Position numbers and translations under genes: made by a program. DNA of 64,000 nt from Paraspadella gotoi (lineage: Eukaryota; Animalia; Chaetognatha): positions 6,511,632 through 6,575,631 of the forward strand of contig CM119271.1 in assembly GCA_051294375.1 (NCBI GenBank). The letters are read 5' to 3'. Below, piece after piece: positions 49,323 through 60,826 of this stretch. Positions within the stretch are counted from its first letter, which is position 1. Each line of letters opens with the position of its first letter. A model generated the notes under the pieces. It ran no database searches. It was not told where the DNA came from and saw only the letters and a program-made list of their open reading frames with translations.

Positions 49323-50048
49323 TTACTTTCCTCTACTATAGGGTTTTTTCCGTTCGTTCTTCATAGACTGATATCGTTTAATCTCCGGATTGACTGTAAA
49401 GTCTTGCTCGGCTCGGCCCATCGAAGAAAGTTTAGCCTCTATGGCGCGGATCTGGGCCGTCTTGGCCGCCTGGGGTAGATCTTTGAGGGTCGTCCCGTCA
49501 ACCTCGGCCGCCGTCTGAGCGTCCTCTGTCGCCTGGCTTTTTTTCTTGCCCAGTTCCCTCGTCGCGCTCGCGTATTTGACGGCGATTCTTTTGCCCACCG
49601 CCCATTTTCCGTCTAACGCTTGACGCGCCCTTAGTGAAGAGCGAAGAGCAAATATTAAATAAATAAATATTAAATATTAAATATAATGATCCCACCTCTC
49701 GGCGCTTTCGGCGTTATCGTAGGATATGAAGGCGTAACCGCGGGGTTGTCCCTGCAAGGGTCCCCCCTTGTGAAAAAGAAAGTCTAGTTGAACGATCGTT
49801 CCGAATTGCTTGAAGAGTTTGAGCAAATGAAACTCGGAGATTTTGGAATCGAGATTGCCGATCCAGAGCCGCTTTCCCGCGGTCACGGACAACGAGGGCA
49901 GAGGACGAGAGGGTGCGGCGTCGGCACCCTCAGATGCCGACGGCGCCTCTTTGGAATCGTCGATAGGCAAAACGCCGGACGCCGCCGCCACATACGACTG
50001 GGCATCGGAAAATATCCCACCCTTGGCCACTTTTTCCTTATCGTCCAT
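49323..50048 (-). CDS. RBM18: RBM18-like single-RRM RNA-binding protein, 2 coding exons
   Basis: RLWIGNLDSKISEFHLLKLFKQFG..FLFHKGGPLQGQPRGYAF and C-terminal AQIRAIEAKL match RBM18. Exons 50048-49696 and 49629-49323; the 66-nt GTGGGA..TAAG intron restores AER/ARQALDGKWAVGKRIAVKYA. Confidence 0.92.
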
Positions 50049-52050
50049 AGTTAAAAAAAAAGTGTTATATGCTTTCTTAATCGTTCAAGGGTGCCGGCTG
50101 GAAAATTTACAAACCATTAAATGTTAGTTCCTCGAAAGATGGTCGTCATAGATTAATCATGAGTACAGTGGCATTAAAAAATAAAAAGAAACGAACATAT
50201 AATGAAAGTAATTTAGGACGAAAGTTCAATGTTATCTTTAAAGTCTCTCATTTCGAATCAAAATGAGAGCGAAAAAGAAGGAATCGTAGAAATGGAATAA
50301 AATAATGTTTTTTCAAAAATCGAAAGCGGGATTTAAAATCCCTAGCAGAGGAGAGAAACTTGCTTCTCCGACTTACTTTTAATTGGCACAAAAAACAAAA
50401 CAAACCCAACTGACTTTTACATCGTTGAAGCCTCGTTCGTTCACAGCATTTATGTACTAATACTATTATATACTAATTAATATATTTAAAATTTTGAAAC
50501 TCTAGATAACGTATTCATGAACGAATAAGTCTTCACAAATTTGACAAAAGTTAGCGCTACAAACTAAACCAACGTTATCAGAACCGGCTTTTATTTTTAG
50601 GGGAGCAACGATTGTATCACGACTGTAAATCTGTTTCACAAGGCATTACATTCTTTACGGCCAAAATAACCCAACTTTTATCGAAAAGCGATTAAGAAAA
50701 AGGACGAAAAGGAAACTTTTAATATCTCAAACAGTAGCGAATAATTCGATAATGCTGCAAGATTTTTTTTTTAGTACGTGAGATAAAGTATTTTGGCAAG
50801 ACTGGAAAAGAATAGGATCTGAATTGTTTAAAAATTTGAACAATAATAAAAAGAGCGAAGAAAATTAGGTCTACGAATGAGATCATTAGTCAAGCTCAAA
50901 GTGAAACCATGCAACGCGTTGAAGCAGAGTCCTACAACAGTCCTAAACTCCTACAGTAGAACAAAAAAATGAGAACGTTTATGACTTATTACATGATGAA
51001 AATTTAGCATGAAGCTATGGTTATCGTAAATAAACATATTTAAAATTAATATTGATTTTCAAATAAAAAATAACCAATAAGCTACTTCCCAATATAGTGT
51101 ATAATATAATATATAGTGGTTAACCCCTCGAAGCAGCTTGTAAAATTGAGACACGGATTATGACTCAGAAAACCCGTCGAGCGACCAATTTCAAAAAGAA
51201 AAGCAGCTTGCACTGGTAACAAGGTCAAAACATCGAAATAAATTACTGACCTCTATTATCAACATTCCAAGCTTTTCCTCGCTCTTAATTTTCAATATAA
51301 TTATGCAGCTAGGATACAACACTTAAGCAAGCCCATTTACAGATACAAGAGATCACAAGACGAGTGACATCATTTCGGTATCCACTTTATAAATCCCACT
51401 CGTAAACAACTCGAGCAATCGAATTTAAAGCAATGCTATCAGTTCTTAGAGATCCTTCACTAGGGAAAAAAATTGTTTTTCTAATCTCAATATAAAAAAT
51501 TAATTTCGCTGATGTATTTGTTTTAATCGTTTAAAAAAGTTTTAGTTAATTAATATTGTATTGAAACAAAATGTAAGTTTATAAAAATCAATTGTGACAA
51601 AAGTCATTTCTTAAAATAAGCTTTTCTCGCCAAGGTTTTGGCGTCTGAGTGGTGTGATCCGAAATAAGCAATTCTCATCTTCTGTTTCAATCTGTAATAA
51701 CCAACTTATGAAATGGCACATAGGATTAATGGTAACCCCAAACCAACAAAGTATAACAAAAATTCAACTGATCATTAGCAACTAACTGATTGTGTAAAAA
51801 TAAGAGATGATCTTGACTATTTCGAAACGTAAGTTTCCAAAGCACCTCTTTTAGATTGACGCAAAATTATCATAAATAATGAGGTCAAAAACATATGGCC
51901 GAAGTTTATTTAATATAGGGGGAAAATTTTTTTTTTTAATTCCATACATTGTAGTTTACAATTAGATTCTCAAAAGCCAGTAAAGTAAATTTTCGCGCCA
52001 AGCTGAAAGCGGTGGCCAACGGGGCAACAGGGCCATTTTAAAATTAAAAA

Positions 52051-53139
52051 TTAATATTCTTCATCAGATTCTTCCTTGGCCTCTTCCGTTCCGTCTTCCT
52101 GCTCCACCCCCTCCTCTTCCTCGCCCTCGGCAACGAAACCCTCTTCCTCGGTCGCGTAGAGGATCTCCAGCACCGCCGCCACCAAAGCCCTCGTCGGAGT
52201 GGCCGCCTCCTCCTCGCCCGCCTCTTCCTCCTCGCTCCCGCCGGCGTGACTCCGGCAAATCGTCTCTATCTCAGTCAATTTGCTCATGTAAAAATCCTTC
52301 TCCTTTTGCAACTCCTGCTTTCCGACTTGAAGCTCGGAGAGTTTGCCCTTCAACTCGGCCAATCTGACGGAGCCCTCGTCCGGAGCCGACGAGGAGGACG
52401 ACGGTCGTTTGATTAAAGGCTTTCGCTTCGAGGACTGTGCCGCAGTCGTAGAGGATGGGGCAGGATGCGCGGCGCCGTTGGCGCTCTTGGCGCCGCCGCC
52501 GCCACCGTTTTTGACACCTGTCGAAACGACGCCGGACGAGGGAGCGACGGGGGCGGCGTTGGTGTGAGATTTGTTGTAAGAAACGACTTTGCCCGTATGG
52601 TGATACTGGCGAGTGATAGGTGATATCAGAGTCGTTCGCTTAGGCGTGGCCGGACTTTCGGAGGAAGAGCCCTTTGAGCCAGACCGACTCGTCGAGGTGG
52701 GGAGCTTATCGGGGACTTGGACACCCCCTCGAGCCGCCAGCGCGTCGTAAGGTTCGCCGTCGTAATTGGCGTCGACGAACTTACGGAACCACTGGAGGAA
52801 GTCGAAGTTGTCCATGTATTTTCCCTTAATGAGCTTCTCGATCGGAACAATCTTGTCCACTTTGGCGAATCGAAAGGCGTTTTGCAAGTAGCGAAAGTTT
52901 TGCGTGGATTCCACCTCCATGGAGGCGTTGAAGATGATCTTGGAGCAGGGACAGGAGCCGGGGAAGAGCATGTCCATGAATTGACAGTATACCTCGCCCG
53001 TGGAGAGTTGCTCGATCTTGGCGAGTCGCATTTGCAACATGTCGTTAATCCACCTGAGGTAATCGTTGCGACTGTAATTGTCGATTGTCACCGGAGTGAT
53101 ATAGACGTTGACGGCTTGCTTGCGTTCCGCCGTCGTCAT
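52051..53139 (-). CDS. MAPRE1: EB1/RP-EB family microtubule plus-end binding protein, single exon, 362 aa
   Basis: [38 protein letters not shown] calponin-homology domain, EBH motif [26 protein letters not shown] and C-terminal EEY. First ATG is at 53139; the ORF track start at 53205 is a TTG. The exact paralogue cannot be assigned. Confidence 0.92.
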   Translation of the reverse strand: MTTAERKQAVNVYITPVTIDNYSRNDYLRWINDMLQMRLAKIEQLSTGEVYCQFMDMLFPGSCPCSKIIFNASMEVESTQNFRYLQNAFRFAKVDKIVPIEKLIKGKYMDNFDFLQWFRKFVDANYDGEPYDALAARGGVQVPDKLPTSTSRSGSKGSSSESPATPKRTTLISPITRQYHHTGKVVSYNKSHTNAAPVAPSSGVVSTGVKNGGGGGAKSANGAAHPAPSSTTAAQSSKRKPLIKRPSSSSSAPDEGSVRLAELKGKLSELQVGKQELQKEKDFYMSKLTEIETICRSHAGGSEEEEAGEEEAATPTRALVAAVLEILYATEEEGFVAEGEEEEGVEQEDGTEEAKEESDEEY

Positions 53140-54023
53140 CCTCACGTGCGGGTGGGCGGTGGAGGAGTTTAATGTCGACGAAAGAAGATCATTTGGGTAA
53201 GTCAAAGAGATTAAATTTCACGAAACTCATTCTATCAAATCTGAAATTTAAAACGGTACATACTGGAAAAAAAAGGATTTCTGAACATCTTTCCCCATCT
53301 CTCTCTCTCTCTCTCACCCTGGGGTAAGTGGAACAATTTAAACTCGCAAAGTCGATCCAACTGCAAAAATTCAAAAACGTTTAAGAAATAGCATTTAAAC
53401 GTGTTTACATCTGTTTTTGCTGTTCAATAATTATTTTTGGGCGGTTTTTTCTTTTTTTTTAATTTTTTTCTTTTTTTTTTTAAATTTTTTGGTATTATTA
53501 CAATTACACTTAACGCGTATAGTTTACTACATTTTTTCACAGAATATACAAAAAATATAAAATAAGCAAAAAGTGTATAAATTCCTTTAACCAGGATTGA
53601 ATGTTATAGTGCATAACTAGAAAATTAGGAAGTGGTACATAAGGGAATGGCGATTACATTGGGGATATGAAGGAAAAACGGCGACGCCAGGGGAGAAAGA
53701 GAATGGGACAATTGGGAAAGGGGATGAGTAACAGCAAATTCAGATGTAATTATATTCTTCTACTGATTAATGTTTAAAAGGTAATAATATAAGAAACTTC
53801 ACAAAATCTCTAATATGTATATATGTTGTAACAGTTATACAGAACGACATGAAACATCAAACCCTAAGATAATTGAAATATTTTAAACCCAAAGATACTT
53901 TACACATTTTGACGTTTACCTTCCCTATATCTTCAAACAAAATACTGGTTGTACGGTGCTTTTAAAAACCTCTGGAACTAATTTATTATATAATTAAAAT
54001 CCTACAATTCTGAAAGAAAACAG

Positions 54024-57000
54024 TCATCGGTCGCACCATTTTTGACCATACGATTCCGTGTATTTAGTGCTACCTATTTGTAAACTTTGAAGTAAAGCGA
54101 TTGCGTCAGGAGAAGCGGAATTGTTGCTCTCCACGTAACCAGAATCGTGGCTTTGCAGAGATGCTGATCCCAAATATGGAGAAGTCACGAGTGATCGAGA
54201 ATTCTCGAAAGGAAACATTTTTTTCGACGTATTTTCCGAATAATCGGACAGGGACCGATTTTGAAGATAATCTTCGCCACCGTTTTGAGGATAAGATTTC
54301 AACGGAAAATCATTAGAAACTCGATTCATGGATTCATGATTAAAATTGATAGATTCATGGTTAAACGGTATATCAGTTTGCTTCGGCTTGGCTCCATCAA
54401 AATGATTCCTGTCATGATTTTGTGGCCGTTGTATCTGGCATTCGCGAATTTTGTCTACCAGCTGATTAATGGAAGAATCGCGAGTAGCATTGTTTTGACT
54501 GGGAGCGCATTCTCTCTCTTGTTCGTTGTACTGTAACTGAAGTAATTGGGTTAGCAAACTCACGGCGCTGACATTCGCGTGAACTTGAGACATAATGAAC
54601 CGATGAAGATCCTCAATAGGCATGGAAGGAAACAAACGCATTAAAAGTTTGCTAGCTTCCATAAGTAAGTCTTCCTCAGAAGCCGGAACTGTTTGAACCT
54701 TTTGTTGTTGAACACGATGATTAGGATTAGGCGCGGGAGGTGGAGGTTGAGCCATAAACCTTTGGTTCTCACCTTCTTTCACGTTCATTACAAAGGAGGA
54801 ATTGTTTTCATGAAGCGTCATGTTGCTAAGCGTATGGTTAAACAAATTCATATCCATTGATTTCCCAGAAATTTCTTCAACATTTCCAGAATCATTTGAG
54901 CTTTCTGAATTGCAATAGTTTGAAATACTCCGAGAGTTAGCAACGAAGGAATGATTAGGGTAACGACTTTTATCGCCTACAGGAATTACATTGTTTGTTT
55001 CGGTGGTATTTGTGATATTTAACGCGGGAATTCTATGAGAGACAGAAGGAACAACTTTTTGTAAAACATGTGGTTCATTACCTAAATTTTGCTGATTTAC
55101 AAATGGTTTAGGATGTAGCTCCATTAACGAAGGAATGTTCTTTTGCTTCGACACTCTCTCGTTTTCCAGAATAGCTTGCAACTCATTAACCTTTGGAGTA
55201 TCACTGCATATTGCCAATTCTTTTTGGGTGTCGTCTATTTGGACTCGTTGCTCTACTGGAATTCCAGTTTCTTTTTGGCCCTGGTAATTTGATGAATGAC
55301 ACAACCAATTTGGGTAAGACAATGAATTCACTAAAGTATTAGCAGGAAAAACTGTTGGAAAAACTGAAGGATATCTTCCTGGTGGAGTAGCCCACAAGGG
55401 TCCCATAGAATTAGGCAGATATGGACTAAATGCATTTGGGAGAAAAGGGAGATTTGAGGTCCGTGGCTGATACATTACAGATGCTCCTAAGTTCGGATAC
55501 AGTGGTGCCATACAAGGTGGCTGCGGTACAAGTTGTTGAGGATAAAAAGGTGGAACTGACGGAATCTCATTTTGTATTGGCCAAAAATTTGGAACATACA
55601 TTGGATACCGTAAATATGGATTATAAGAATTGCAAACAAATGGATAAACAGGGGGTGGGTTCCTGAATCTAGCCGGGACGAATTCAGGCGCCAGAGGATT
55701 TAGCTTAAACTTCTTCATTTCTAAAGCATCCAAATGCTCCTTCAAATTTTCAAAAGACATTCCTATCAGAGACCCCGCATCCCGACAAGTTTCAATAAAT
55801 TTCTCCCATATTTTTCGGCATTGCCCGACGGAGCAAAGTGCAACGGGATCTCCAACAACGGCCACTAACGACTGGGCTCGAGTTATGGCAGTGGTCAGGA
55901 GTTTGGGGTTTGACAGAAAGCCATAGTCGGACTCCTCTGATTCTAAATCATCTATCTGAAACTCGATCGTGACACTTTTCTCCTTATCGACAACGTTTTT
56001 GACTGTATGTCGGGTTCTAACAGTAGACAAAAATATAACTCTAAACTGCTTTCCTTGAACGTTTAACACCCTTTCAACCGAAACATCAAACATTCTCCTT
56101 TTTCGTAATTCAGATCGTATTCTCCAAACTTGATCAGCATAAGGCGTAACAACCCCAATGGATTCTGACGCGAAGGGGCCCCAAACATCAACTGGCCAAC
56201 ATTCCTGTATTTGAGCAATTCTGTCGACGACTTCGTACACCTCCGCGATATTGTAAAATCCAAGACTATTTTCGTGATGAACATCTTCGCCTCTGGCTGT
56301 ATAAAAAGTCAGCGGAAATATCAAAGGATGGGCTTTTTGTTGTTTACCAATGGCAGGAATAAGTTCCCCCTGGTAAAAGAGTTTTGAAGTAAAAGAAACA
56401 ATTTCTTGATTGGATCTATAATTTTCACACAATAAGATCTTGGCGGGGCACTTTTGAGGATACAGTCGAAATAATTGTTCTAACAGCGACATTCCCAGTC
56501 CTTGTTCTAATGCAAATTTGGAATGTAATTCAGGTGACAGCTGCATATGATCTCCAGCCAAAACTATTCTTGTGTTTGGGCCCGCGAAAGTCAAAGCTTG
56601 TAAAGCTTCCGGTGCTAAGGCTTGTGCAGCTTCATCCAAAAAAATATGGGTGAAAAAACCATTGGGAATTCCTTGATAGGGTTGATTAGGATCCTCAAAT
56701 CGAGATTGGGACAAATATTTAGCTGTTCCTAAAGTGGCTACGATCACTCGGTGCATCATTATTTGTTCTAAACTCGGAATAGCAAAAGTTCTTCTCAACT
56801 CATCGTTCCTTTTAGAAATAGAACAATATTTAAGAACATAAGGATGAACAGTTTCAACCCATCTATTTTCGTAGTAAAGACGAAGAGGAGTTGCTTCTAC
56901 ATGGCCCTCCTCCACGTAAGGATGAAAATATTCTCGAATATAGAGATCAGCGGCACTGTTAGAATGCGTACATATTAATATGCGATTATTTGGATCTTGT

Positions 57001-58943
57001 TCTAGAACCTTTTTAGCAGCTTGGGCCAACGTAAATGTTTTACCAGTTCCAAAAGGTCCTATAACCAGAATAGGAGGCAACGGATGCTTTAGATTAGTGG
57101 TAATAGCAACAATTGCTTCTCGTTGCTTCGCATTCAATCTACTGTCTGCAAAATTGTTCCACTGCCTAGAAGGAGTCCACGGAACAAAACATTCATTAAT
57201 ATTCTTAGAAAAAATGAGATTAATTGAACTCCCCACTGAATTATTGGAGTCAAGAACTTGAGTTAAAGAAGCTATTTTATCTAGGGCGTGGTGCATTTCG
57301 CACAATGGAAGCCTATTTAGTTGAAACTGAATCAAAGCATCGAATTGAGTGTCTGGTGCCAAATTCAACTCGGTCACACATTGACTTGATAATGTTAAAT
57401 AAACAAAATTCTTCCCTTTCTCTTCTACTAGCACTTCGTAAACTTTCGTTCTTGCCTCATTAGATTCTTGGGTTAAGTCGAAGGGCTGGAGCAAAGCAGT
57501 GTTGACGTTGGTTAAAATCAGCCGACCAGCGGCAGTATCTTCGCTCAGATCCAGACAAGAATCTTGCAAGTTCATCTTGGCGAACAGCATCCCTTGTGGT
57601 GCGTGCTTGGCCGACGAAAATCCACCCGGGAGCAGCAAAAACTTCTCGGCCAATTCCAAAGTCACTCTCACATTGTACCTAGAAATGACGGAAAATTGCG
57701 CCATTTCTTCAATCGCCAAAAGTTCGTGCATGCGTGGGACGTATACTTCGCGCCTAAACAGATACTCGGGATTGAACCCAGGACGCAGGCGTTTGCAAAA
57801 GGACCCATTCTCATTGTTCTCCATCGTCGAGCGTTCATCGTATGAAGCAGCGCAGTTGCTTACGTTGACCTTCAAGGGATTCGGCGCAGGATAATGCTGC
57901 AGCAACCCTTTGTCATCGACGTTGACCGGAATCGGCCTCGGATGGTACTCCACAATGTCGTGAGTCTCTACCGTCCACCGCGCCTGCTTCTTGCCCAGAC
58001 CAAGGACGTCCTCTCGCAACTGCATCAGTTTATCCAGGTCGGTCATGGAGAGAGAATCCACGCATAACCTTCTCACCAAAATGGGAAACTCGCCAAAGTC
58101 AAAACACACAGTCTGTCGAAAAGTTCCGTAGATTTCCGTTCGAAACTTGACGGTCACCAAATAACGGTTGCAGGGAGAAGCGCAGGCGCGCTCTTCTCCT
58201 CCCGGATCAAAACCGACTTGAGGGTCGACCCCGAGCCTGGGGTCGTTGTCCGTCTCGGCCTCCTCGACGAGCCGATCCGTCCATTCCTGACACTCGTCGT
58301 CGAGATGGTCACGCGATCGAACGGTCACTGGGGGATCGATGACGACGACAGAGGATATGTTGAAGTGATCCCGGTGCCAGTCCTGCACGAGACAGACGCG
58401 ACGAAGGCGTCTCCCTCTTTCCGTGGTCACGCTAAAAGTCCATTCGTTGCTGCCGACTTTGGAAGACATGGTCACGTTAACGTCGCCATCGACGACGCAC
58501 TCGACGCCGGCTGCGCTCTCGCTCATCACCGATTCGGGATTTCGACTCTCCATCCATTTTCGAAACAGTTTCTCGCCAAAGGAGAAGCTCGGAGCGGGTG
58601 GTTGTTGTTCGTCGAGACCTCCGCCATCCGGTTGGACACGAGAATGATTGATGCGAAGATCTCCAGTCGGTGGGAGTGTCGCAACTCCCACAGGCCCCGC
58701 CGTCGCCAACATGCGACAGGAAGCTTTCTCGGAGAAGCGAAGCCTCCACTCTTCCAGCTCCTCCGCCGAATGAGCCAGGGAGCATTGATCGCCGAGAAGA
58801 CAGAGACCCGAAGAGACGATCATGTCCGGACACAGTTGATACTCTTCGCCGATGAGGCCGCGCGGGGGAGGGCGGAAGCGCCATCGAGCGTCCTCGCTGA
58901 TCGCCTGAGAGATTTCCTCCAATTTCATAGCAGATTCCATCAT
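54024..58943 (-). CDS. HELZ: HELZ, UPF1-like SF1 RNA helicase with CCCH zinc finger and PAM2 motif, about 1639 aa, essentially intronless
   Basis: WRFRPPPRG..CCCH finger (C..C..GDQCSLAHSAEELEEW), Walker A GPFGTGKT, DEAAQ, LAGDHMQL, ENYRSN, VQGKQF, TAITRAQSL and PAM2 KLNPLAPEFVP. A possible 64-nt terminal intron (54010-54073) would change the C-terminus to ..QIEL* with the stop at 54002-54004. Confidence 0.95.
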   Translation of the reverse strand: MMESAMKLEEISQAISEDARWRFRPPPRGLIGEEYQLCPDMIVSSGLCLLGDQCSLAHSAEELEEWRLRFSEKASCRMLATAGPVGVATLPPTGDLRINHSRVQPDGGGLDEQQPPAPSFSFGEKLFRKWMESRNPESVMSESAAGVECVVDGDVNVTMSSKVGSNEWTFSVTTERGRRLRRVCLVQDWHRDHFNISSVVVIDPPVTVRSRDHLDDECQEWTDRLVEEAETDNDPRLGVDPQVGFDPGGEERACASPCNRYLVTVKFRTEIYGTFRQTVCFDFGEFPILVRRLCVDSLSMTDLDKLMQLREDVLGLGKKQARWTVETHDIVEYHPRPIPVNVDDKGLLQHYPAPNPLKVNVSNCAASYDERSTMENNENGSFCKRLRPGFNPEYLFRREVYVPRMHELLAIEEMAQFSVISRYNVRVTLELAEKFLLLPGGFSSAKHAPQGMLFAKMNLQDSCLDLSEDTAAGRLILTNVNTALLQPFDLTQESNEARTKVYEVLVEEKGKNFVYLTLSSQCVTELNLAPDTQFDALIQFQLNRLPLCEMHHALDKIASLTQVLDSNNSVGSSINLIFSKNINECFVPWTPSRQWNNFADSRLNAKQREAIVAITTNLKHPLPPILVIGPFGTGKTFTLAQAAKKVLEQDPNNRILICTHSNSAADLYIREYFHPYVEEGHVEATPLRLYYENRWVETVHPYVLKYCSISKRNDELRRTFAIPSLEQIMMHRVIVATLGTAKYLSQSRFEDPNQPYQGIPNGFFTHIFLDEAAQALAPEALQALTFAGPNTRIVLAGDHMQLSPELHSKFALEQGLGMSLLEQLFRLYPQKCPAKILLCENYRSNQEIVSFTSKLFYQGELIPAIGKQQKAHPLIFPLTFYTARGEDVHHENSLGFYNIAEVYEVVDRIAQIQECWPVDVWGPFASESIGVVTPYADQVWRIRSELRKRRMFDVSVERVLNVQGKQFRVIFLSTVRTRHTVKNVVDKEKSVTIEFQIDDLESEESDYGFLSNPKLLTTAITRAQSLVAVVGDPVALCSVGQCRKIWEKFIETCRDAGSLIGMSFENLKEHLDALEMKKFKLNPLAPEFVPARFRNPPPVYPFVCNSYNPYLRYPMYVPNFWPIQNEIPSVPPFYPQQLVPQPPCMAPLYPNLGASVMYQPRTSNLPFLPNAFSPYLPNSMGPLWATPPGRYPSVFPTVFPANTLVNSLSYPNWLCHSSNYQGQKETGIPVEQRVQIDDTQKELAICSDTPKVNELQAILENERVSKQKNIPSLMELHPKPFVNQQNLGNEPHVLQKVVPSVSHRIPALNITNTTETNNVIPVGDKSRYPNHSFVANSRSISNYCNSESSNDSGNVEEISGKSMDMNLFNHTLSNMTLHENNSSFVMNVKEGENQRFMAQPPPPAPNPNHRVQQQKVQTVPASEEDLLMEASKLLMRLFPSMPIEDLHRFIMSQVHANVSAVSLLTQLLQLQYNEQERECAPSQNNATRDSSINQLVDKIRECQIQRPQNHDRNHFDGAKPKQTDIPFNHESINFNHESMNRVSNDFPLKSYPQNGGEDYLQNRSLSDYSENTSKKMFPFENSRSLVTSPYLGSASLQSHDSGYVESNNSASPDAIALLQSLQIGSTKYTESYGQKWCDR

Positions 58944-59722
58944 TGTTATAAGAACATTTTTTGTGTCTCAACGTTTAACACTCATTGTTAGTCATTGTTC
59001 TCGAAGTCACAGGGACTTGAAACGTTTCTCGTTCACACCATTTCATTGTTTTAGGTGAATAAAAAAACCTTAAATAGGGAATGTCACAGAACAAGGGAAT
59101 AAATTCGCCGGTTTTGAGAAAAAAGGAAAACATACCATGAATAATAAATACAGGTGGAACAAATTTATAACGGTAACTCATAATCGCTTAAAAAATACTA
59201 ATAAATCAAGCAAACACGTTTCGGATTTGAATTACGCTACACTTACAACTATCAACATTATTTTCACTCAAAAGAAAAGAGCAAACAGACAGAAATTGAA
59301 AAACTATCAACTATTATAAAAGAGATATTGCACGGATAACCCTGTACGATCAATAAAACCGTGGATAAAAATTAAAAAATAATTTTCTTGGTCAAACACA
59401 TTCATAAAATTAAACCTCTCCATAACCAGCTTCGCGTAAAAAAGACTTCTGGCCTGATCTCTTCCAAAATTGTTTTCATTAACAATAATAAACGTAAAAA
59501 ACTTTAAAAAATAAACTGAAGAGTGAAAAGGACTCCTGGTCCAGACTTCACTCAATAAAAAGGCGTTTATTCGCGATTTTGGGAAAATGAAATGTTCCAG
59601 TATCGTTTAACTCGCTTCAACTAAACGAAATACAAAATGTTTACTGAATAAAAAAAAGAAGACCACGAAATATTGATGGAATAAATCGTTTCAATCAAAA
59701 TTTGTTGAACGCACCATAATAA

Positions 59723-60826
59723 TCAGAAAAAAGAAAGACTCTTTCCTCGCGCCTTTGAACTTTGACTCGGCTTCATTTTAGTCAACATAAGATTGATAAC
59801 GTTGATACGGATCTTTTGACGCAAAAAGCTTTTAGGCGTGGCCATCCGGCACATATTCGTCCGTTTATCGACGCGCTCTTGAAATCGCATGTTGCTCTCC
59901 TCCCACGCGGCAAAATTAGGAAAGTTGTCCCAGAAGCGCTCGAAGGCGGCCTCGAAGAAGACTCGAAACCCGGGGTCCTTGAAATGGCCGAAGCCGCAGT
60001 TAGCAAAGAAGCACTTGGCGAAGTCGTAGATGAGGGAGAGGGTTACTTTGTTGCTGACAGAGTTCTTCTCAGCGACGGAGTCGTCGACGATGCCGAGGAC
60101 GGGACCTACCTTCGGGTTGGTTCGCATGAATTCGTCGATGAAAGCAAAATCTTCGGGACGAAAATCCGCGGCCCCGTTGGGGAAACGAGTTTCACCAGCG
60201 AGAATTGCTGGGGGTTTGGTAAAGATAATCTCGGCGAAGGAATCGGGGTCCACCGGGAAATCGGCGTTCGATGCTCCGTTTTCGGGGAAGGCGGACGGTG
60301 GAAATTCGTCACCACCGCCGTCGCCATTTTCCCGACAAGCTACTACGGTTGAAGAGGCGTTGATATCATCGATTTCGCTAGTGTTAAAAGCATGAATAAT
60401 ATCTGGCTCGCGCTTGAAAAAATTCGTCAACGGGCGTTCCTTTGCCGGCCGCGGGGAAGCCGCATCTTGAAGGCTGGCACCGCGTTTCCGACTGGAGGGC
60501 CCGACGACGACGGGAGGGGCGAAGGTCGCTCGATGCTGTTCCGCGAAAAATCCCTGCAAAGGTCGTTCACGCAACGCGTAAACGGTAGGGTCGAGGAGCA
60601 TCTGGACGTCGTTGCCGACGGGAGACAGACCGCCCTCTGCATAAGCTCGGCACAATTGGTCGGCGCCCGCGAATCGACGGCCATCCGCGGATTCAACGAG
60701 GACGAAGAGCTTCGCGTCTGTCAGCGATGTCAGTTTCAAGATTGTCTCGAGCAAGATCGAAGTGAATGTGTTTTCCATCGATTGCAACTGGTTGACGAGA
60801 CCCAGAAGGCTATGGGCCGATGCCAT
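59723..60826 (-). CDS. Uncharacterised 367 aa protein; N-terminus resembles the dimerisation half of an SRF-type MADS box; putative nuclear regulator
   Basis: Long complex-sequence ORF with the same GC-ending codon style as its neighbours, ACAATGG start context and a downstream AATAAA (about 59567-59572, - strand). aa31-50 KLTSLTDAKLFVLVESADGR aligns ungapped with SRF ELSTLTGTQVLLLVASETGH. The gene is well supported; the domain call is tentative. Confidence 0.75.
   Translation of the reverse strand: MASAHSLLGLVNQLQSMENTFTSILLETILKLTSLTDAKLFVLVESADGRRFAGADQLCRAYAEGGLSPVGNDVQMLLDPTVYALRERPLQGFFAEQHRATFAPPVVVGPSSRKRGASLQDAASPRPAKERPLTNFFKREPDIIHAFNTSEIDDINASSTVVACRENGDGGGDEFPPSAFPENGASNADFPVDPDSFAEIIFTKPPAILAGETRFPNGAADFRPEDFAFIDEFMRTNPKVGPVLGIVDDSVAEKNSVSNKVTLSLIYDFAKCFFANCGFGHFKDPGFRVFFEAAFERFWDNFPNFAAWEESNMRFQERVDKRTNMCRMATPKSFLRQKIRINVINLMLTKMKPSQSSKARGKSLSFF

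Noticed and set aside
50100-52000. Possible additional small gene between EB1 and RBM18
   Set aside because: Some - strand splice-like sites exist (e.g. 51251-51308), but joined frames stop quickly; more likely UTR or non-coding.
53140-53205. N-terminal extension of EB1 from the ORF track
   Set aside because: Starts at TTG; homology begins just after the ATG at 53139.
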